A stretch of 64,000 bases of DNA, taken from Macrostomum lignano (Eukaryota). Below, one piece after another: positions 59,198 to 64,000 of this stretch. A model generated the notes under the pieces. The model was not told where the DNA came from and made no database searches. It was given only the letters and a program-made list of their open reading frames with translations. Within the stretch, counting starts at the first letter, position 1. Each line of letters opens with the position of its first letter. The stretch is taken from contig NIVC01003986.1 of NCBI GenBank assembly GCA_002269645.1, positions 1-64,000 of the forward strand, read 5' to 3'. A program made the translations under genes and the position numbers.

Positions 59198-62133
59198 CCT
59201 GCTGAGGAAATAGTTTCAATGAGGCCTATTTTAGACACAAATGAATGCAAAAAGCAAGGCAAAAATAAAACTTGTGTTTATTTTATATTGGGGCCTAGGT
59301 CTAGGGTAAGATTTTATTAAATGTTTTTTGAATTTAAAATATTTAATAAATCTTAATGGCTTAAGTATAAAGACCCCTTACTTTTCAAAGTTTTTCAAGT
59401 AATAAAAAGGTTTAAATTTTTTTGTATTTGGAATCTGTAACATTTTTCATAATGCATTTTGCCTAATTAAGTATGATGATCATTTTGGCTAGAAATTCCT
59501 TTTACATTATAAATATGTTCTTTTTGTACTTAACAAATCTCTATGCACATGTATTTTATGCTTTATTCTATATTATCTATACATAATGAATAAATATTTT
59601 ATAACCAAAATAGCGGCCTAAACATTTGCAACAACATCTTTAGAGAGTTAGCCTAGGCTAAAAATGTATAAAGTAGGGAATTTAGAGAGATTTTAAAAGT
59701 TAACATTGTAGACATATGCTGGAATGAAAATACTAGTTTTTTCAAGTCTATATTCATTAATAAAATTGATATAAATTAAATTTTGTTATATCAAGCAATC
59801 AAGCATAAAGTTGTTTACAATACATGGCATATTCAAACTTTTTAGAGAATATATATTTTTAGAAATAAGAGTTTTACTAAAATTTTTGTGTCTTTTTTGA
59901 TAGAATTTTTTTTTGTTTTACCTTTGTTTCTTTGAAAATTCTATATGCTAAGTATATGCCAAGTTTTTCAACAAGGGCAAAAATATGTCAGAATTTTCTA
60001 GTAAAAAGGCCACCCTCTAGATTATGGTCATGACCCTTTAATCCCAGTATCTACTAGGACTAAAAAATCCCCAATAGGAGCAAATGTATAGATTGAATTT
60101 AGTATTGGATTAGAGAATATATAAAAACAGTAGTATAGTGCAAGAAGACCACTTAGGCCCAGAATACATAATACACTATTGACTATATAATCTAATATAC
60201 TATAAATGGTCTGTTGGTATCTAGGTAGGTAGGTAGGTATATGATCAATTTTAGCAAATATGGTTCAACTGATTTTCTTTGAACTTGTACTGTTCAATCA
60301 AAAATATGCTACTAATTTTGCATGACTTGCTACTAATACATAGTATAGTATATTGAGATATATTAGCTGGTTTTTTGTGCGAATGGGTGCGAATAGCATC
60401 CTGGTCTTAAAAATTGCACCCTGAAATTTGACTCAGGGTACAAAAAGCGCACCCAAATTTTTGCAAGGATGTGATGTGGGTTTCACAATTTAGTGTTTTA
60501 CTGTTATGGGCATCTTAAGTCCATAACTTCATATTCTTAGAATTAGCCAGTAATTTTTTTAATCTTTAAGTTTAATTAATGTAAAGCAATTGTCAACTAT
60601 CAATTAGATTTTGGTATTGGTAAGCACCTGGGGTTTTTTTGTGCAAATGGGTACGAATAGCATCCTGGTCTTAAAAATTGCACCCTGAAATCTAGCACAG
60701 GGTACAAAATCGCACCCAAGTTATGGACGAAAAAAACCCCAGTTTATTAGTAAGATTATCTTAAGCAAGCTAAAAGAGCTAGCAACAACATTGGTGACAT
60801 TAATAAGATTGTAAAGGGAGAATAAAAAGCAGTAAGCATTATAACAACTTTATAACCTCATAGTGAGATATTAAGAGATTAAAAATATAGAGGTGACCCT
60901 TGGAACAACTTTGGTGCTAGCATTAAGCTAGAATCTAGATGTTATAATTATATATATATATACATTAGTCATTAGAAAATTCTAATATACAGAAAGACCT
61001 AAAGTATATCATTGGCATTGATATATAAATTGGCCTTCTTGGTATAACAGGTAAGACCAAGTTATGAGTCCCAACCAATGTATATAGTTAGCATATAAAA
61101 AATGACCCAGTTTAAGTTTAATAATAGGCCTAGTCTATATGTATCTAGTTAGAATAGTTATTATAAGCTTAAAATATAGATTGTCTTATTTGCTTTTGTT
61201 TTTATACATATATACAAATATTTTATTTATAGGACCTATCTAACCCTAATTAAAAGGCAAACTAGAAACTTTGAACCAGGCCTAAATAAACAATAAAGTA
61301 GACAAATGAATACCTAAAATGTTAAAAAGTTATGTTAAAATATTACAAATGAAATAATTATTATTAAAACTAAGTTTTTGGGCAAAATTAGAAAGGATTA
61401 CAATGCCAAATAGACATTACAAAAACATGGAAAATTTAAGATATAAAAAGTTTGGAGGCTGAGTCAAGGCCTAACTTTTTTACTTGACCAATTTTCAAAA
61501 GCAAGGTGTCTTTTATTTTAGGCTTAGGCAAATGAGAGTTTTCAAATGGAATATAAAAAAATACTAAATTAACTTTTGAAATCTCACTTGAGTCCCTACC
61601 AACAAAAATGTGTTATTCAATCTTATGTTATGTCACAAGCTTAGGCCTAGGCGCCTAGACCATCGGATCGGATCATTGAATTTAACAAATGGTTTATTTG
61701 GCCGTTATTTTGACCCTATTCCATGTCCTATGCCAAAACTTTTAAAATCTTGTGTGCCATAGCATAGCCGAGCAACATAAGTATTGTTGATAACCTATAC
61801 CTATTGATAACATGACACAAGGCCGCATGACCATATTAAGTAGGTCGAGTCGAGTCGAGCCCTTGTTAAGATAGCGCAAATGATATTATAACAAACGGAA
61901 CGATAAACACCAATTCAAAGTGGTCGAATTAATATATTAAACACTTTTAGTAGGAGATAAGAAAGCGATATTTATTTTATTTACAATGTAAAGGCACAAT
62001 GCATTTACTAAAGCATTTCAACTTAAAATTGAGTGTTAAAATCTAGTCCACTTAAAGAACTAAGTTGCACTCGGAGTGGACACTAAAAGTTCAAATTGTT
62101 CCGATCATTAAATGGGTGCCAATCCTATTTTAG

Positions 62134-62264
62134 CAGTGGCGCAACCAGAAATTTTTTGGCGGGGTGGCCCTGTTGGCAGTAAGGTCAAAATGCGCTTGGT
62201 TAATCCCCTTTGTTTTTTTGGTGCTCCGCTCCGTGGGTGGCGACCGCCCCCTGTTGCGCCAGTG
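62134..62264. mobile_element. 131-bp hAT-like MITE with 12-bp TIRs and 8-bp TSD
   Basis: TIR CAGTGGCGCAAC / GTTGCGCCAGTG (one mismatch); TSD TATTTTAG at 62126-62133 and 62265-62272. Confidence 0.85.
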
Positions 62265-62372
62265 TATTTTAGGTCTGTAAATATTTAGATGTAAAATACA
62301 ATATTTATCAAGCCAAAACGTCGTTTATTGCCTCTACAAAAGAAATAGCAAGTACTTTTATGACTCATAGTT

Positions 62373-62805
62373 TACTATACCTTTCTGCAATCAATCTCGT
62401 CGTTTTTGCGTTCAATTTCGGCGCGAGCGCTAGTGTGCAGTCCAAACAACTGAGCCATAGACACTGGGCAACTTTTGCGTTCAAATTCGGCCTTTTTGCG
62501 TCCTATTTCGGCAGCGCAATCACATGGGCCGCACTGTGGGCACAGTTCGAATGTTTTTGCCAGACACTTTCTCACTCGATCGCATTCAGTGAGGGTGGGA
62601 CGAAAAATTTGTCTCCTAAAGCAGGCCTATAGTCGTCTCCGCAAGTATGTTTGATGCCGTAAGCTGCCGAAATAGGACGCAAAAAGGCCGAATTTGAACG
62701 CAAAAGTTGCCCAGTGTCTATGGCTCAGTTGTTTAGACTGCACACTAGCGCTCGTGCCTAAATTGAACGCAAAAACGACGAAATTGATTGCAAAAAGGTA
62801 TAGTA
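62373..62805. mobile_element. 433-bp foldback MITE with ~140-bp TIRs
   Basis: Arms 62373-62513 and ~62661-62805 are near-perfect inverted repeats starting TACTATACCTTT(C/T)TGCA. Each contains CCATAGAC/GTCTATGG. Confidence 0.85.
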
Positions 62806-63675
62806 TTTGCAACTTGAGTACCGTACTGCTTACGAGTTATTTATGGACCGCCCAGTTTATTAGTTCATCATATACATACACAAGTAGTCGTACTAATGCT
62901 GTTAAGCTACATGTGCAAATAATGGCAAAGCAACAAGCAGTATCAAGGCTTCTGCAGATGGAAATGTAAAATTTTGTTTAAGACAGTAGATTGCATAACT
63001 TACATGATTAAAAAAACTATTTTTGTAATTGTAGTTTTACAAAAATTCGAAACGTAATATTTATTTTATAAGGTCAAAACCTTAATATATCAAAGCACCT
63101 TTAATAAAAGAAGAAAATTAATGATTTTAGGGCAGTCAAAACCGGCAGTCAAATTGACTGGCGCACAAGCACTTTGGTCAATGGAAAACAAACCAACACA
63201 GCAGGCAAATCATCTAGAACTTTGAAGATACAGAGGCGCTGCAATTGAAAAACTAGCAAAAAATATAATCAACGGTACATTGCTACTCAAAACAATAAGC
63301 GCTAAGGAAAAGGCAGTTTTGAGTAAAATAAATGATTGGAAATTGCAAGATCGACACAAAAAATCGAAGGGACCGCACTCTGAGAAAAACTGGACACCGA
63401 TTGATATTGCAAAAGTGAAAAAAGCCACCAGTGCATGTCATGTTTGGAGAAAAGTTTACTTGAAACTTCTCACAAATTAGATTTAAAAAATCTTCATCGG
63501 CCAGTGCCAGGGCTGATGAACTCTGGAAATTGGTGCGGCATCTGTGTGAGATTGCAGGGTGAGGCGTCGGGGGCATGCGGTTGTATTTAAAAATAAAATA
63601 TGGAAAGAAAAAGTTCACCATAGAACAGAATTTATTGGCAAAATTTGTTTTATGAAAACTTCACTCTCAGAAACT

Positions 63676-63985
63676 CGCGGATTCACTCACAGAAACTCCC
63701 GGATTCACTCACAGAAACTCCCGGATTCACTCACAGAAACTCGCGGATTCACTCACAGAAACTCCCGGATTCACTCACAGAAACTCCCGGATTCACTCAC
63801 AGAAACTCGCGGATTCACTCACAGAAACTCCCGGATTCACTCACAGAAACTCCCGGATTCACTCACAGAAACTCCCGGATTCACTCACAGAAACTCCCGG
63901 ATTCACTCACAGAAACTCCCGGATTCACTCACAGAAACTCCCGGATTCACTCACAGAAACTCCCGGATTCACTCACAGAAAGTCG
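63676..63985. repeat. 22-bp minisatellite CCGGATTCACTCACAGAAACTC, ~14 copies
   Basis: Direct periodicity. Confidence 0.95.
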
Positions 63986-64000
63986 ATTTCACCCCGGAAT

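Noticed and set aside
60369-60718. Two ~90-bp diverged direct repeats in the AT-rich region
   Set aside because: No TSD, TIR pair or coding link established; probably an old local duplication or repeat fragment.
2716-63985. Many regular repeat arrays as possible CRISPR arrays
   Set aside because: Units are head-to-tail with no unique spacers, there are no cas genes, and the context is eukaryotic with spliceosomal introns.

Overview
Eukaryotic (metazoan) genomic DNA, not prokaryotic. GC3-rich exons, GT-AG introns packed with private minisatellites, TTAGGG repeats and the gene content suggest a free-living flatworm such as Macrostomum (inference, not verified). Host genes supported by the sequence: two DEG/ENaC channel paralogs (3' end at 1-172; intronless copy at 32463-34313), an MGAT1/GnT-I-like glycosyltransferase (9538-10956, -), a complete 6-exon IFT74 (22295-28206, -), an IA-2/PTPRN-like pseudophosphatase (catalytic-region exons 40475-45677, -), and a type I membrane protein with an L1/neuroglian-type cytoplasmic tail on a non-canonical ectodomain (52476-59197, -). 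Mobile DNA: a 5'-truncated Ty3/Gypsy element with one LTR, two Crypton-type (DUF3504-like) tyrosine recombinase copies, an IS630/Tc1-like remnant between 157-bp TIRs, several foldback/MITE elements and two hAT-like MITEs with 8-bp TSDs. The most interesting signals are: (i) a Crypton system, in which one recombinase is reconstructable across an intron that splits the HSIR motif and the octamer CCATAGAC/GTCTATGG occurs at least 26 times by manual count (about 2 expected), clustered and mostly co-oriented around the recombinase genes; (ii) minisatellites built from splice junctions or from a TIR subrepeat; (iii) the L1-tail chimeric receptor; (iv) a perfect RFX X-box just upstream of the ENaC gene. 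All coordinates and counts were read by eye; no database searches were run, and family calls rest on remembered motifs.
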